The translations under genes and the position numbers were made by a program. The notes under the pieces were generated by a model. The model had not been told where the DNA came from and made no database searches. It was given only the letters and a program-made list of their open reading frames with translations. From Gemmatimonadales bacterium (lineage in GTDB: Bacteria; Gemmatimonadota; Gemmatimonadetes; Gemmatimonadales; GWC2-71-9), in assembly GCA_035703525.1 (NCBI GenBank), contig DASSYA010000020.1, positions 6,351 through 70,350 of the forward strand: 64,000 nt of DNA, given 5' to 3'. Shown here piece after piece: positions 49,337 through 58,726 of the stretch (position 1 is the first letter of the stretch; the number at the start of each line of letters is the position of its first letter).

Positions 49337-50392
49337 ATGATCGCCCTCCCCAAGCACGCCCAGCTCTGGCTTCCCGGCCTGATCCGGAGCCGTGTCGCAC
49401 GCCGACTCCGCCCGCCGGAGCCGGTCAGTCACCTCTGGGTGATGATCGGTGACCACTACGAGCCGTATTGGAACCAGCCCGGCCACGCCACCGCAGAAGC
49501 CCGTGTCCAACGCTGGGCCGAGCAGTGGCCCCGCATCGCCGAACGGCACCGCGACCACCTCGGCCGACCGGCACAGTACACCTTCTTCTACCCGCAGGAG
49601 GAGTACCGCCCCGAACTGATCGAACCGCTCGCCCGGATGACGCGAGATGGCGTGGCCGATGTCGAGGTGCACATCCATCACGACGGTGACGGCGAAGCCG
49701 CCTTCGTCGCGAAGATGACCGAGTTCATCCGGGCGCTCCACCACGACCACGGACTCCTCCGCGACGAGGACGGTCGGCCGTCGTTCGGATTCATCCACGG
49801 CAACTGGGCCCTCGACAATGCCCGGCCCGACGGTCGCTGGTGCGGGCTCGACAACGAGCTCACCCTGCTCCGGCAGCTCGGATGCTATGCCGATTTCACG
49901 CTGCCGGCCGCCCCCGATCCCTGCCAGACGAGCCGGGTCAACTCGATCTACTGGGCCGTCGACGACCCGGCAGCACCCAAATCCCACGATAACGGGATCC
50001 CCGTGACGCCGGGCGGCACGCCTCCTGCAGAAGCTCTCCTCATGGTGCAGGGACCGCTGGCCGTCCGCTGGCCAAGGGACCGATGGCCCCGCCCGGCATT
50101 GGAGGTCGGTGAGCTCGCTGGCCACGATCCGGTCACCGCCGGCCGGGTGGCCGCCTGGCTCGATCATGCCCCGCAAGTCGGGTCACATAGATTCCTGAAG
50201 TTGCATGCACATGGAGCGCCAGAGAAGAATGCTGAACCACTGTTGGGCCGCGATCTGGATGCATTGTTCTCCCTCACCCGGGCTGCGGCCGCGGTGCGTG
50301 GATGGCAGATTGTCCATGCCACGGCATGGGAGTCGGCACGGGCCGTCCGAGCAGTCGCGGCGGGACAAGCGCCGATCGATCATTTGCGCTAG
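49337..50392 (+). CDS. Hypothetical EPS-cluster protein, possibly deacetylase/hydrolase-like
   Basis: DHYEP, EVHIHH, FIHGNWALDN, GCYADFT, KLHAHG. Confidence 0.65.
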   Translation: MIALPKHAQLWLPGLIRSRVARRLRPPEPVSHLWVMIGDHYEPYWNQPGHATAEARVQRWAEQWPRIAERHRDHLGRPAQYTFFYPQEEYRPELIEPLARMTRDGVADVEVHIHHDGDGEAAFVAKMTEFIRALHHDHGLLRDEDGRPSFGFIHGNWALDNARPDGRWCGLDNELTLLRQLGCYADFTLPAAPDPCQTSRVNSIYWAVDDPAAPKSHDNGIPVTPGGTPPAEALLMVQGPLAVRWPRDRWPRPALEVGELAGHDPVTAGRVAAWLDHAPQVGSHRFLKLHAHGAPEKNAEPLLGRDLDALFSLTRAAAAVRGWQIVHATAWESARAVRAVAAGQAPIDHLR

Positions 50393-50414
50393 TTGCTAGC
50401 GCGTTGGAGCGTCA

Positions 50415-51596
50415 ATGCGGGTCGAACAGGTTACCATTGAAGAGGGAAACGGCACCGCGCGGCTGACTGGCCACATCGCCGGGCACCCACTGTTCTGGCA
50501 GGTCACCGGGAGTGGCGCTTTCGAGCCCCGCGGCGAGCCATTCGTCGCCGCACTCCTGCCGGCGGCCATGCGTTCGGGTACCGCAATCGTGCTGCCGCCC
50601 GAATTGCCGGTCGACCCCGTCTTCCTCGCCAACATGGTCCGCCTCCAGTCGATCTTCAGCCGTTGGTTTCTCGGCGTCGCCCCGGTCCGCATTCAGGCCC
50701 GACCCGCTCCCCGACATGTCCCGACTGTCGAACGCGCCACCGGATATTCCGGGGGTGTCGACTCGAGCTACACGGTCGATGCCCTCGCCCGCGAGCTCGA
50801 TGCCGCACTGCTCATCGACGGCATCGAATACCCCAGTCGCGACGAGGAGCTCGCCGCACGGGTGACCAACGCGTTGGAGTCCGCCCTCAGCGGCCGAGGC
50901 GTTCGCCTCGTCCAGGTTGTCACCAACGTCAAGGCCGCACAGCGTGCGCTCGGGGCATTCTGGGCCGAGGCCATCGGCGGTGCCATTGCGAGCGCGGTGC
51001 ATGTCGCCGGATTCAGCAGCTACCAGATCGCTGCGAGCAACAGCTGGGAGAACCTGCGCCCCTACGGCTCGCATCCGCTGACCGACCCACTCTGGTCGAG
51101 CGCCGACGTCCGAATCGGACATCACGGCGCCGAACTCCGGCGCATTGACAAGATCCGCCACCTCGGCAGCGTGCCGGATCTGTTGGAACACATCCGGGTC
51201 TGTTTCCAGGGGAACGCCTACAACTGCGGTGTCTGCCAGAAATGCCTCCAGACCGCGGCCGGATTCCGAGCGCTCGGCATGCGATCGAGTTCGTTGTCCC
51301 ATCTGGAAGACGCCCGACTACTTCGGAGGGCTACCGTCGAGCACGACGGTGATCTCGTCGATTGGCAAGAGATCCTGCTGCCAGGACTCGAGCGTCACGA
51401 CCCGGAGCTGTACCGTGAGTTACTGGCGCTGACGCGGCGCTACCACTGGCGAACACTGCTTCGCGATGCCGACCGCGTCCTGACCGGTGGACGCTTCCGG
51501 TCGATGCTGCGTCGCCGCTCCACGCGGGAACCCGCCACGGTGATGTCGAAGGAGCCGCCATCAGTCGGCCACTCCCTCCACGTCTCGAATGGTTAA
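50415..51596 (+). CDS. PP-loop (adenine nucleotide alpha-hydrolase-like) protein with Cys cluster
   Basis: YSGGVDS; CFQGNAYNCGVCQKC. Confidence 0.7.
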   Translation: MRVEQVTIEEGNGTARLTGHIAGHPLFWQVTGSGAFEPRGEPFVAALLPAAMRSGTAIVLPPELPVDPVFLANMVRLQSIFSRWFLGVAPVRIQARPAPRHVPTVERATGYSGGVDSSYTVDALARELDAALLIDGIEYPSRDEELAARVTNALESALSGRGVRLVQVVTNVKAAQRALGAFWAEAIGGAIASAVHVAGFSSYQIAASNSWENLRPYGSHPLTDPLWSSADVRIGHHGAELRRIDKIRHLGSVPDLLEHIRVCFQGNAYNCGVCQKCLQTAAGFRALGMRSSSLSHLEDARLLRRATVEHDGDLVDWQEILLPGLERHDPELYRELLALTRRYHWRTLLRDADRVLTGGRFRSMLRRRSTREPATVMSKEPPSVGHSLHVSNG

Positions 51597-52653
51597 CGGT
51601 CGGGTCCTCGACGCCGATTCGCCGCTCAGCTCGCCCGCGCTGGCACTCTGGGCCGATCGGCAGCGCGAGGCCCCATCCGACCCGCCCTTCCAGCGTCACG
51701 ATGTGCTGATGGCCTTGCGGGCGATCCACGCACCCGATCGCCGCCTCACCCTCGCCATAGGGGGGGGGGATGCCGCCGGCGCGATGAGCATCCTGCCATG
51801 TTCCTTCACCCGCCGACGCGTCGGCCCACTCCCGTTCCGTCTGATCGAGGGTCCGGTCGGCTACCACGCCTCGGCAGTCGACTTCGCGCTGTCGGGCGGC
51901 GCCCGATCCGATCACGCGACCGCCGTGGCACTCCTCGCCTCGGACGGCTGGGACCTGCTCGAGTTCCGCGGTGTCGCCGCGGACAGCGCCCTCGCACGGG
52001 CCTTTTCCGCCACGGACTGCGCTATCGTCACGGATCATGACGCGCACGCGGTCCCGCTCGATGGCGGCCCCATCATGAGCACCAAGCGTCGCCGCAACCT
52101 GCGCCGACTGCTCCGGCGGCACGAGACAGTGTCTGGCGGGACCATCACCGAGGCATCCCCGGCGGAGCCCGACTGGCCCGACATCATCCAGGCCTACGCC
52201 GCGTTGCACACCGCGCGGTGGCAGGGCACGTCGACCCCATCGAGTCTTGCCGATCCCGATGTGCGTCAGCGCTTTTCCCGCGTCCTTGGTGGCCGGGGAG
52301 GGCCAGCGGGGCTCTTCGCGGTGGTCCTCCGGACCGGCGGCGCCATCAGCGGTGTGGTCCTGGCATGGGATGACAGTGCACACGTCCACGCGTGGCGGCT
52401 CGCGTACGATGTGGCGCTGGCACCGATCAGCCCAGGACTTCAGCTCCTGCAGCATCTCGCAGAAGTGTCGGCGTCGCGCGGACGATCGCTGATGCATCTC
52501 GGGCGAGGTGACGACGAGTACAAGCAGAGCTGGACCACGACCCGCGTCCCGCAAGTCATTGTCCGCGCGGTCAGCGCGAGCGCACGCGTGCGACTGGCGG
52601 CATCGGTCGGACGGCTGTTCGGGCGCGCCCCCTTCGCCGGCTGGCGGCGATGA
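51589..52653 (+). CDS. GNAT-family acyltransferase (CelD/BcsL-like)
   Basis: AYD...SPGLQL, LGRGDDEYKQSW. Confidence 0.8.
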   Translation: MVNGRVLDADSPLSSPALALWADRQREAPSDPPFQRHDVLMALRAIHAPDRRLTLAIGGGDAAGAMSILPCSFTRRRVGPLPFRLIEGPVGYHASAVDFALSGGARSDHATAVALLASDGWDLLEFRGVAADSALARAFSATDCAIVTDHDAHAVPLDGGPIMSTKRRRNLRRLLRRHETVSGGTITEASPAEPDWPDIIQAYAALHTARWQGTSTPSSLADPDVRQRFSRVLGGRGGPAGLFAVVLRTGGAISGVVLAWDDSAHVHAWRLAYDVALAPISPGLQLLQHLAEVSASRGRSLMHLGRGDDEYKQSWTTTRVPQVIVRAVSASARVRLAASVGRLFGRAPFAGWRR

Positions 52654-53663
52654 CGTTCCGGGTCGATTGGCTGCGCGGCGCGGAATCACGTTCGCCGGAG
52701 ATGCTGGAGCTCTGGACACGTCTGCACGAGGCGACACCCGGCATCAGTGTCACCAGCGGGCCCGCCTGGTGGCGCTTCATCGAGGACACCTTCCGGCCCG
52801 AGCACGAGCACCGGCTCGCTGTTGTGCATGACGCAGGCCGCGTCGTGGGCGTCTTTCCCGCGGCCTGTACCACGACCCGCGGGCGGTTCGGCACGGTGCG
52901 CACCCTCACCCATGCCAATGGACCGCACACGTACTACGGCGATCCCGTGGTTCCACCCGACGCGGCGCGGGAGACCATCCCCGTGCTGGTGCGAGCGCTC
53001 CGCGCGGTCCGCGATGTTCGCCGCCTCGATGTGAACCGGGTCCGCCTCCCGTTTCCGGACTGGCCAGAACCCGTCAAGTCCTCGGCCGATCTGACCGTGC
53101 GAGGTGGCCTCGCAGCGGGCGGCATCTCGACCCGCGTCCTGCGCGACATCGAGCGAACCGTCCGGCGTCTCGAGGAGCGTGGCGTGCTCCGCATCGAGCG
53201 CCTCGCAGGATCGGCGCTGCGCGGCATCGGACCGGAATTCGCCCGTCTGCACACCGCCCTGAAGGACATGCAGGAACAGTGGTCAGTCTTCCGCGACAAC
53301 CCGGGTTCGGCGGAGCGCCTGGGCCCGGCACTCACGGAGGGACCGATCGCCCACCACGCCGGGGTCGTCAAGGTGTCCCTCAATGGCAGGACACTTGGCA
53401 TGACGGTCCTGTTTCATGGCGGTGGTGAGACCCTTAGCCATCGCGTGGCCTGGGACCCGACAGAGGCGCGCTTCGGTATTGGTGCGTTGCTGATGCGGGA
53501 GGCGATCGGCTGGAGCAGTGATCGAGGCGACGGCTGCTTCCGACTCGGGCCGGGCGATGAACCGTACAAACGCAAATGGGCGACCGAGATCGCCCAGGTG
53601 CATCGTCACCAGCATGTCCGACCGCGCTGGCAGCATCTCCGCCGGCAGCTCGGTCGTGATTGA
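52650..53663 (+). CDS. GNAT-family acyltransferase (CelD/BcsL-like)
   Basis: GIGALL, LGPGDEPYKRKW. Confidence 0.8.
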   Translation: MTFRVDWLRGAESRSPEMLELWTRLHEATPGISVTSGPAWWRFIEDTFRPEHEHRLAVVHDAGRVVGVFPAACTTTRGRFGTVRTLTHANGPHTYYGDPVVPPDAARETIPVLVRALRAVRDVRRLDVNRVRLPFPDWPEPVKSSADLTVRGGLAAGGISTRVLRDIERTVRRLEERGVLRIERLAGSALRGIGPEFARLHTALKDMQEQWSVFRDNPGSAERLGPALTEGPIAHHAGVVKVSLNGRTLGMTVLFHGGGETLSHRVAWDPTEARFGIGALLMREAIGWSSDRGDGCFRLGPGDEPYKRKWATEIAQVHRHQHVRPRWQHLRRQLGRD

Positions 53664-53694
53664 TCGGGGCCGCCCCCCTCGGCAGATGTTCACC

Positions 53695-56600
53695 TCACTT
53701 GCGGCGCGCCCGTGCGACACGCTCCGCCGTACCGGTCGGATCCGTGAGCATCGCCTCCTGCACCTCGGCCATCTCGCTCGCGTTCAACCGGATGTTGTTT
53801 CGCCGGATCCATGCCAGGAAATCCCCGAGGTCGAAGCGACCATTCCGGTTGCCGCCGGCATCGAACGCCATGCGCTGGTCGGTGGTGAGTTGCCCTCCGC
53901 CGCGGAACAGGTCACGCACCGCGATCGACGGTGTCGGCGTGCTCACGCTGACCACCTCGAGCGTGTCGACATAGACCGCGCGCACACCGGGATCGGCACT
54001 CGCCGTCACCACGATCGAATCGACATGCACACCGACCCCGAGGGCACTCACCTGCCGGGTCCACCGGAGCCAGCCAGGGGCCTGCCCGGCCGTGGTTGTC
54101 AGGGTGAGCCAGCTGGCGCCCTTGGTCGCGGTCCACGCGGTGCTGCCGAGTCCGGTGATCGAGGTCACCTGGACCGAGTCGCTCATCACCCCGTTCGATG
54201 GGGAACCTGACATCCGGACATCGCGCCGCTTCAAGCCCCGGCGAGCGAGGACGACCTGGGTCACCGGTGCGGTCACCACCTGTTCGATCACCACGGTGGA
54301 ATCGATGAGTCGAGCCACCAGGCCATTGGCCAGCACCGTGATGGTGTCGACGTGCGTCCCCGGCAGGAGCGTCGCGGTGTTGCGATTCCATGTGACGGTG
54401 CCGCTGCCGATCCCGCTCGTGGTCGTGAGCTGGGTCCACGCCTGGGCGCTGCTGGCCGACCAGGTGGCGCTGGCCGCACCGTCACCAGTGAGCTGGAGCA
54501 CGGCACTCGCACTCGCGGCATTCTGACCCTGGGTCACGGAGGTCCACCGCGAGCTCGGCGAGAGCGCCACCACGAGCGGCTGCGGCGCCGCTGTCACGAC
54601 GAGCGTATCGATCACCAGCGCGGGTGATCCGGTCGCGTTCGGGACGGTCACCTGCAGGGTGTCAACGTACGTGCCAGCGGCCAGTCCCGTGGCGGTCCGC
54701 TGCCACCGAAGCATGCCGCTGCCAACCCCGTTCGCCGTCACCAGCGACGTCGAGCCTCGCCGTCTGGTGACCGACCATGCGGCCGTACTGGCTCCGGTCC
54801 CGCTCAGCCGCACTTCGGCGCTGTCCCGGAGGACATCACTACTGCCCTCCCCGGTCACCACCCGACGCGATGCCGGAGCGAGGGCGAGCACCAGGGGTGC
54901 CGGCGCCGCCGATACCGTCAACGAATCCAGCAACCGGACAGGAGATCCCGTCGCCCCGGGGATCGCGACCGTGATAGTGTCGACGTACAGCCCCGTGGCG
55001 AGCCCGGCAATGTTCCGGACCCACCGGATCCTGCCGGATCCCGTGCCGGCACCGGTGGTGAGCGTACTCCATGGGGCCGTGTGACTCGCAGCCCACGATG
55101 CCGACGCGGCACCATCACCGGTCAGCGTCAATACCGCCGAGTCGGCAGCGGCCACGGTGCCGCTCTGCACCGTGGTCCGGCGTGACGTCGGGGTCAGGCT
55201 CGCCGCGAGCGGGATCGGGGCAGGAGTCACCTCCAGGGAATCGATCACAGCCACGAACGTGGCAGGATTTGCTGCCAACGAGATCACGATGGTGTCGACA
55301 TGTACTCCGGCCGCAAAAGAGCCGGTCTGCGTGTACCAATGCACCCAACCGGAGCCGAGGCCGTTCGAGTTGACCAGGACGTTCCGCCAACGCGACTTGG
55401 TGGCCCGCCATTCGGCCGATGCCGCGCCAGTGCCACTGAGCGTCACGTAGACGGAATCGTACGAACGTGACTGGCTCCCCTCGACCATCGTCCGCGAGCG
55501 ACGGCTGCTCGATGCCGCGATCGACAGCGGTTGCGTGATCGTGAGCGTGTCGATGATCCGACCGGGCGAGCCGGCGGCACCGCTCGCCGTCACCGTGATC
55601 GTGTCGACGTAGACGCCGGGCACGAGGCCCGATGTGTTGCGCGTCCACGCGACCGTCCCGCTGCCGGTCCCGCTCGCGCTGGTGAGCGTGGTCCAGCTCT
55701 TCTTCTTGGCGGCCGTCCACGCCTTGGTGCTCGCGTTGTCGCCGGTGAGGGTCACCGTGCCGCTGCTGCCGGGGGCCGCGGTGCCCTGCTGTGCGCTCGC
55801 GCTCCGGGAATCAGGTGTGACCGCCAATGCCAGCGGCACCGGGATCGCCGTGATGGTGAGCGTGTCGATGATCCGACCGGGTGAGCCGGCAGCACCGCTC
55901 GCCGTCACCGTGATCGTGTCGACGTAGACGCCGGGGGTGAGGCCACTCGTGTTGCGGGTCCATGCCACCGTGCCGCTGCCCGTCCCACTCGCGCTGGTGA
56001 GCGTGGTCCAGCTCTTCTTCTTCGCGGCGCTCCATGCCGTGCTCGCGGCGTTGTCGCCGCTGAGCGTCACGGTGCCGCTGCTGCCCGGGGCCGCGGTGCC
56101 CTGCTGTGCCGACGCGCTCCGCGACCCGGGTGAGACCGCCAGGGTGAGCGGCACCGGCACTGGCCCGCCACCGGAGACCATGTTGTAGGCCTGGATCAGC
56201 CCCCAGCCGGTCTGTTCATCCCACCCGGCGGCGCCGACGTCGAGCGACCCGGATTGCAGCTTGGCCCGGATCTGTGCAAGGGTGAGGCTCGGGTTCTGGG
56301 CCAGCAGCAGCGCCACCACGCCGGTCACGTGTGGCGCTGCCATCGAGGTACCGCTCTTGGTGCCGTACCCCCCCCCGGGCATCGTGCTGTAGATGCTGCT
56401 GCCAGGGGCACCCACGTCCATCAGGGGGCCATAGGACGAACTGCCTGAGCGATTGTTCCCGCTGTCCAGGTTCGCGACCGCGATCGATTCGTTGTACGCG
56501 GCCGGATAGAGCATCGCCCCGCCCGTGTTGCCTGCCGCCGCGACCATGTAGGTCCCGGCCGCAGCGGCGTTTGTCAGGGCGACCATGTAGGCCCCGGCAG

Positions 56601-57465
56601 CGCTCTCACCACCGATGCTCACATTGACCACGCGAATGCCATTGGTCACCGCCCAGTTGAGTCCGGCGACCTGACTCGAGATCCACGCACCACAGCTCCC
56701 GTTGATCAGCTCGAAGACCTTGAGCGCGTAGAGCGACACTCCCGGTGCGACGCCGACCACTCCTTCGTTGTTGTCACGGGCCGCCACCGTCCCGGCGACG
56801 TGCGTACCGTGGCCGTTGCACGCGGCGATATCGTCGTCCCACGCCGACGAGGCAGTGCTGTTGGTCATCGCGTTGTAGCCACCGGCCCAGAGGAGGTCCG
56901 GGTGGTCGCGGTCACCGCCGGAGTCCATGATCCCGACCTTCACCCCAGCGCCCTGCCCGACCACCGCCCACGCCTCCTGGGCCTGAACTCGATCGACGCC
57001 CCACGGAACGGTCTGCGCGGTCGCGCGAAGGCCTGGCTGCTCCCTCAGCGCACCAACCGGCTGCTCATCCTGGAGCCAGATGACGCGATCTGGTTCGATC
57101 AGGTCGACATTCGGGTCCCGGATCAGGGAGTCGATCTGGCTCTCGGTGGCCTGACCGGCGAGGCCACCGATCAGGTAGAGGGGCTTGGCGGTCCGGATCT
57201 TTGCACCGGCCCTGAGCCGTGCCTCGATCCGATCCACCTCGGATCGACTGACCGCCGGTGTCCCCTCGGCGCGGAGTCCCGGGTTCCCACCCGTCGGCTT
57301 GAGCGTGACGATGACCCGGCCGCCGTTGGCCGCGAGCGCAGCCTCGAACTCGGCCCGGGTCGCCGTCGAGAGCCGTCCCTGCGCCGATGCAGCGAGCGGG
57401 AGGGTGATGAGGGTGACGATCGCCAGTACCAACTGGCGGCTGTGACTGCGGGACAAGCGGCTCAT
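53695..57465 (-). CDS. Secreted S8 subtilisin-like serine protease with propeptide, 7 BACON-like repeats and dockerin-like C-terminus
   Basis: MDSG, HGTHVAG, AAGN, GTSMAAPHV; repeats with W..L...G.G...W...Y.DTI; tail DAGGNRNGRFDLGDFLAW. Confidence 0.92.
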   Translation of the reverse strand: MSRLSRSHSRQLVLAIVTLITLPLAASAQGRLSTATRAEFEAALAANGGRVIVTLKPTGGNPGLRAEGTPAVSRSEVDRIEARLRAGAKIRTAKPLYLIGGLAGQATESQIDSLIRDPNVDLIEPDRVIWLQDEQPVGALREQPGLRATAQTVPWGVDRVQAQEAWAVVGQGAGVKVGIMDSGGDRDHPDLLWAGGYNAMTNSTASSAWDDDIAACNGHGTHVAGTVAARDNNEGVVGVAPGVSLYALKVFELINGSCGAWISSQVAGLNWAVTNGIRVVNVSIGGESAAGAYMVALTNAAAAGTYMVAAAGNTGGAMLYPAAYNESIAVANLDSGNNRSGSSSYGPLMDVGAPGSSIYSTMPGGGYGTKSGTSMAAPHVTGVVALLLAQNPSLTLAQIRAKLQSGSLDVGAAGWDEQTGWGLIQAYNMVSGGGPVPVPLTLAVSPGSRSASAQQGTAAPGSSGTVTLSGDNAASTAWSAAKKKSWTTLTSASGTGSGTVAWTRNTSGLTPGVYVDTITVTASGAAGSPGRIIDTLTITAIPVPLALAVTPDSRSASAQQGTAAPGSSGTVTLTGDNASTKAWTAAKKKSWTTLTSASGTGSGTVAWTRNTSGLVPGVYVDTITVTASGAAGSPGRIIDTLTITQPLSIAASSSRRSRTMVEGSQSRSYDSVYVTLSGTGAASAEWRATKSRWRNVLVNSNGLGSGWVHWYTQTGSFAAGVHVDTIVISLAANPATFVAVIDSLEVTPAPIPLAASLTPTSRRTTVQSGTVAAADSAVLTLTGDGAASASWAASHTAPWSTLTTGAGTGSGRIRWVRNIAGLATGLYVDTITVAIPGATGSPVRLLDSLTVSAAPAPLVLALAPASRRVVTGEGSSDVLRDSAEVRLSGTGASTAAWSVTRRRGSTSLVTANGVGSGMLRWQRTATGLAAGTYVDTLQVTVPNATGSPALVIDTLVVTAAPQPLVVALSPSSRWTSVTQGQNAASASAVLQLTGDGAASATWSASSAQAWTQLTTTSGIGSGTVTWNRNTATLLPGTHVDTITVLANGLVARLIDSTVVIEQVVTAPVTQVVLARRGLKRRDVRMSGSPSNGVMSDSVQVTSITGLGSTAWTATKGASWLTLTTTAGQAPGWLRWTRQVSALGVGVHVDSIVVTASADPGVRAVYVDTLEVVSVSTPTPSIAVRDLFRGGGQLTTDQRMAFDAGGNRNGRFDLGDFLAWIRRNNIRLNASEMAEVQEAMLTDPTGTAERVARARRK

Positions 57466-57721
57466 GAACTCACCGGAAAGGGTTGATGCCCCGAGTATCG
57501 TCCGACATGGGGCACAACTGGAGCGGCCGCCCCGACATGGTTCGGGGCGGACGTACTTCCGTAACACGTTGGTCTTCAACGTCTTATCGGACGGATCACG
57601 GTGAAGTGGAGCCCAGCTTGCCCGGGGTCATGGCAATGGGGAGTCAACCGGCCAGGAAATCTCGCCAGGCTACGGATTCCCTGCGGGTGGCAAGATGGTC
57701 ATGGGATGGGATCAACACAAC

Positions 57722-57747
57722 TGTTGCATTGTTGCGACAATGCAACA
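57722..57747. promoter_or_regulatory. Palindromic enhancer candidate TGTTGCATTGTTGCGACAATGCAACA
   Basis: Near-perfect inverted repeat about 145 bp upstream of a sigma-54 site. Confidence 0.6.
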
Positions 57748-57891
57748 GGTCGTGGTCGCGATGCCAAGGGGTACGGCTTCGATCCACGGCAGGCTGCTCG
57801 ATCTCACGACCACACACAAGTCGTTACATGACAATGCTTTACATGACATGTGGCAGCGGTGCATCGGCCCCTGTCCTGGCAAGGCATGGAG

Positions 57892-57907
57892 TGGCACGCG
57901 CCATGCT
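57892..57907 (+). promoter_or_regulatory. Sigma-54 promoter candidate for the PEP-CTERM gene
   Basis: TGGCACGCGCCATGCT, GG-N10-GC. Confidence 0.75.
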
Positions 57908-57980
57908 CAAGTACCTCACGTCGAACCGAATACCGTGCTGTCTCAACCGTTCTTCTCCCTGAAGCTCAGGAGTTAGTCCC

Positions 57981-58634
57981 ATGATCCGTCGCGCAATCTC
58001 TGCCCTGGCCCTGACCGCGGTGCTGGCAGCCCCGGCAGTCGCCCAGGCTCCGTTCCAGCAGACCTTCACGTTCCACTATTTCGGCTCCAATACTGAATAC
58101 GACCAGTATGCCGGCCAGTGGAGCTCGAGCTACAACGCTGCCAACAGCGTCTTCCAGGTCTTCTGCGTCGACCCGGGCAAGAATGTCGGCCAGAACCAGA
58201 CCTACACCAACGCCTGGGTCACGCCGCTCTCGTCGGGCAATTCCAGTCACACCCAGAACTACTCGAACACGTGGAACGCCCAGTACCTCGAGGCCGCCCG
58301 GATCGCCACGTTCATGTTCGCGAACCCCGTGGTTGGGTCTGGGCTCTCCAACGCCGCGGTTCTGGACTACCAGCACGCGATCTGGGCTGCGATGGGCTTC
58401 GCGGCCTACCAGAACGCCACCACCGCCGCGATCCGCGCCTCCGCGGCCGCCATCGTGGTTCACCCGAACCAGTGGCTCGTGATCACCGACGCTGGCAAGG
58501 ATTACCAGGAGTTCATCACGTTCGATCCGGATCGTCCGCAGGAGACCGTCCCGGAGCCGGCCACGATGACGCTCCTCGCCACCGGCCTCGCCGGCATGGC
58601 AGCGGCCAAGCGCCGTCGCAACAAGAAGAGCTGA
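57981..58634 (+). CDS. PEP-CTERM sorting domain protein with thioester-domain-like motifs
   Basis: Signal peptide; VPEPATMTLLATGLAGMAAAKRRRNKKS; FCVD...YQHAIW. Confidence 0.93.
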   Translation: MIRRAISALALTAVLAAPAVAQAPFQQTFTFHYFGSNTEYDQYAGQWSSSYNAANSVFQVFCVDPGKNVGQNQTYTNAWVTPLSSGNSSHTQNYSNTWNAQYLEAARIATFMFANPVVGSGLSNAAVLDYQHAIWAAMGFAAYQNATTAAIRASAAAIVVHPNQWLVITDAGKDYQEFITFDPDRPQETVPEPATMTLLATGLAGMAAAKRRRNKKS

Positions 58635-58666
58635 ACTGGCTCGGAACCCTCGGGTTCCACTAGCTT

Positions 58667-58707
58667 GAGGGGCGGGTCGACCACGGTCGGCCCGCCCTTC
58701 CGCTTTC
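58667..58707 (+). terminator. Hairpin terminator after the PEP-CTERM gene
   Basis: GAGGGGCGGGTCGACC-AC-GGTCGGCCCGCCCTTC, weak U tract. Confidence 0.55.
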
Positions 58708-58726
58708 ACCCCACACCACCGGACCG

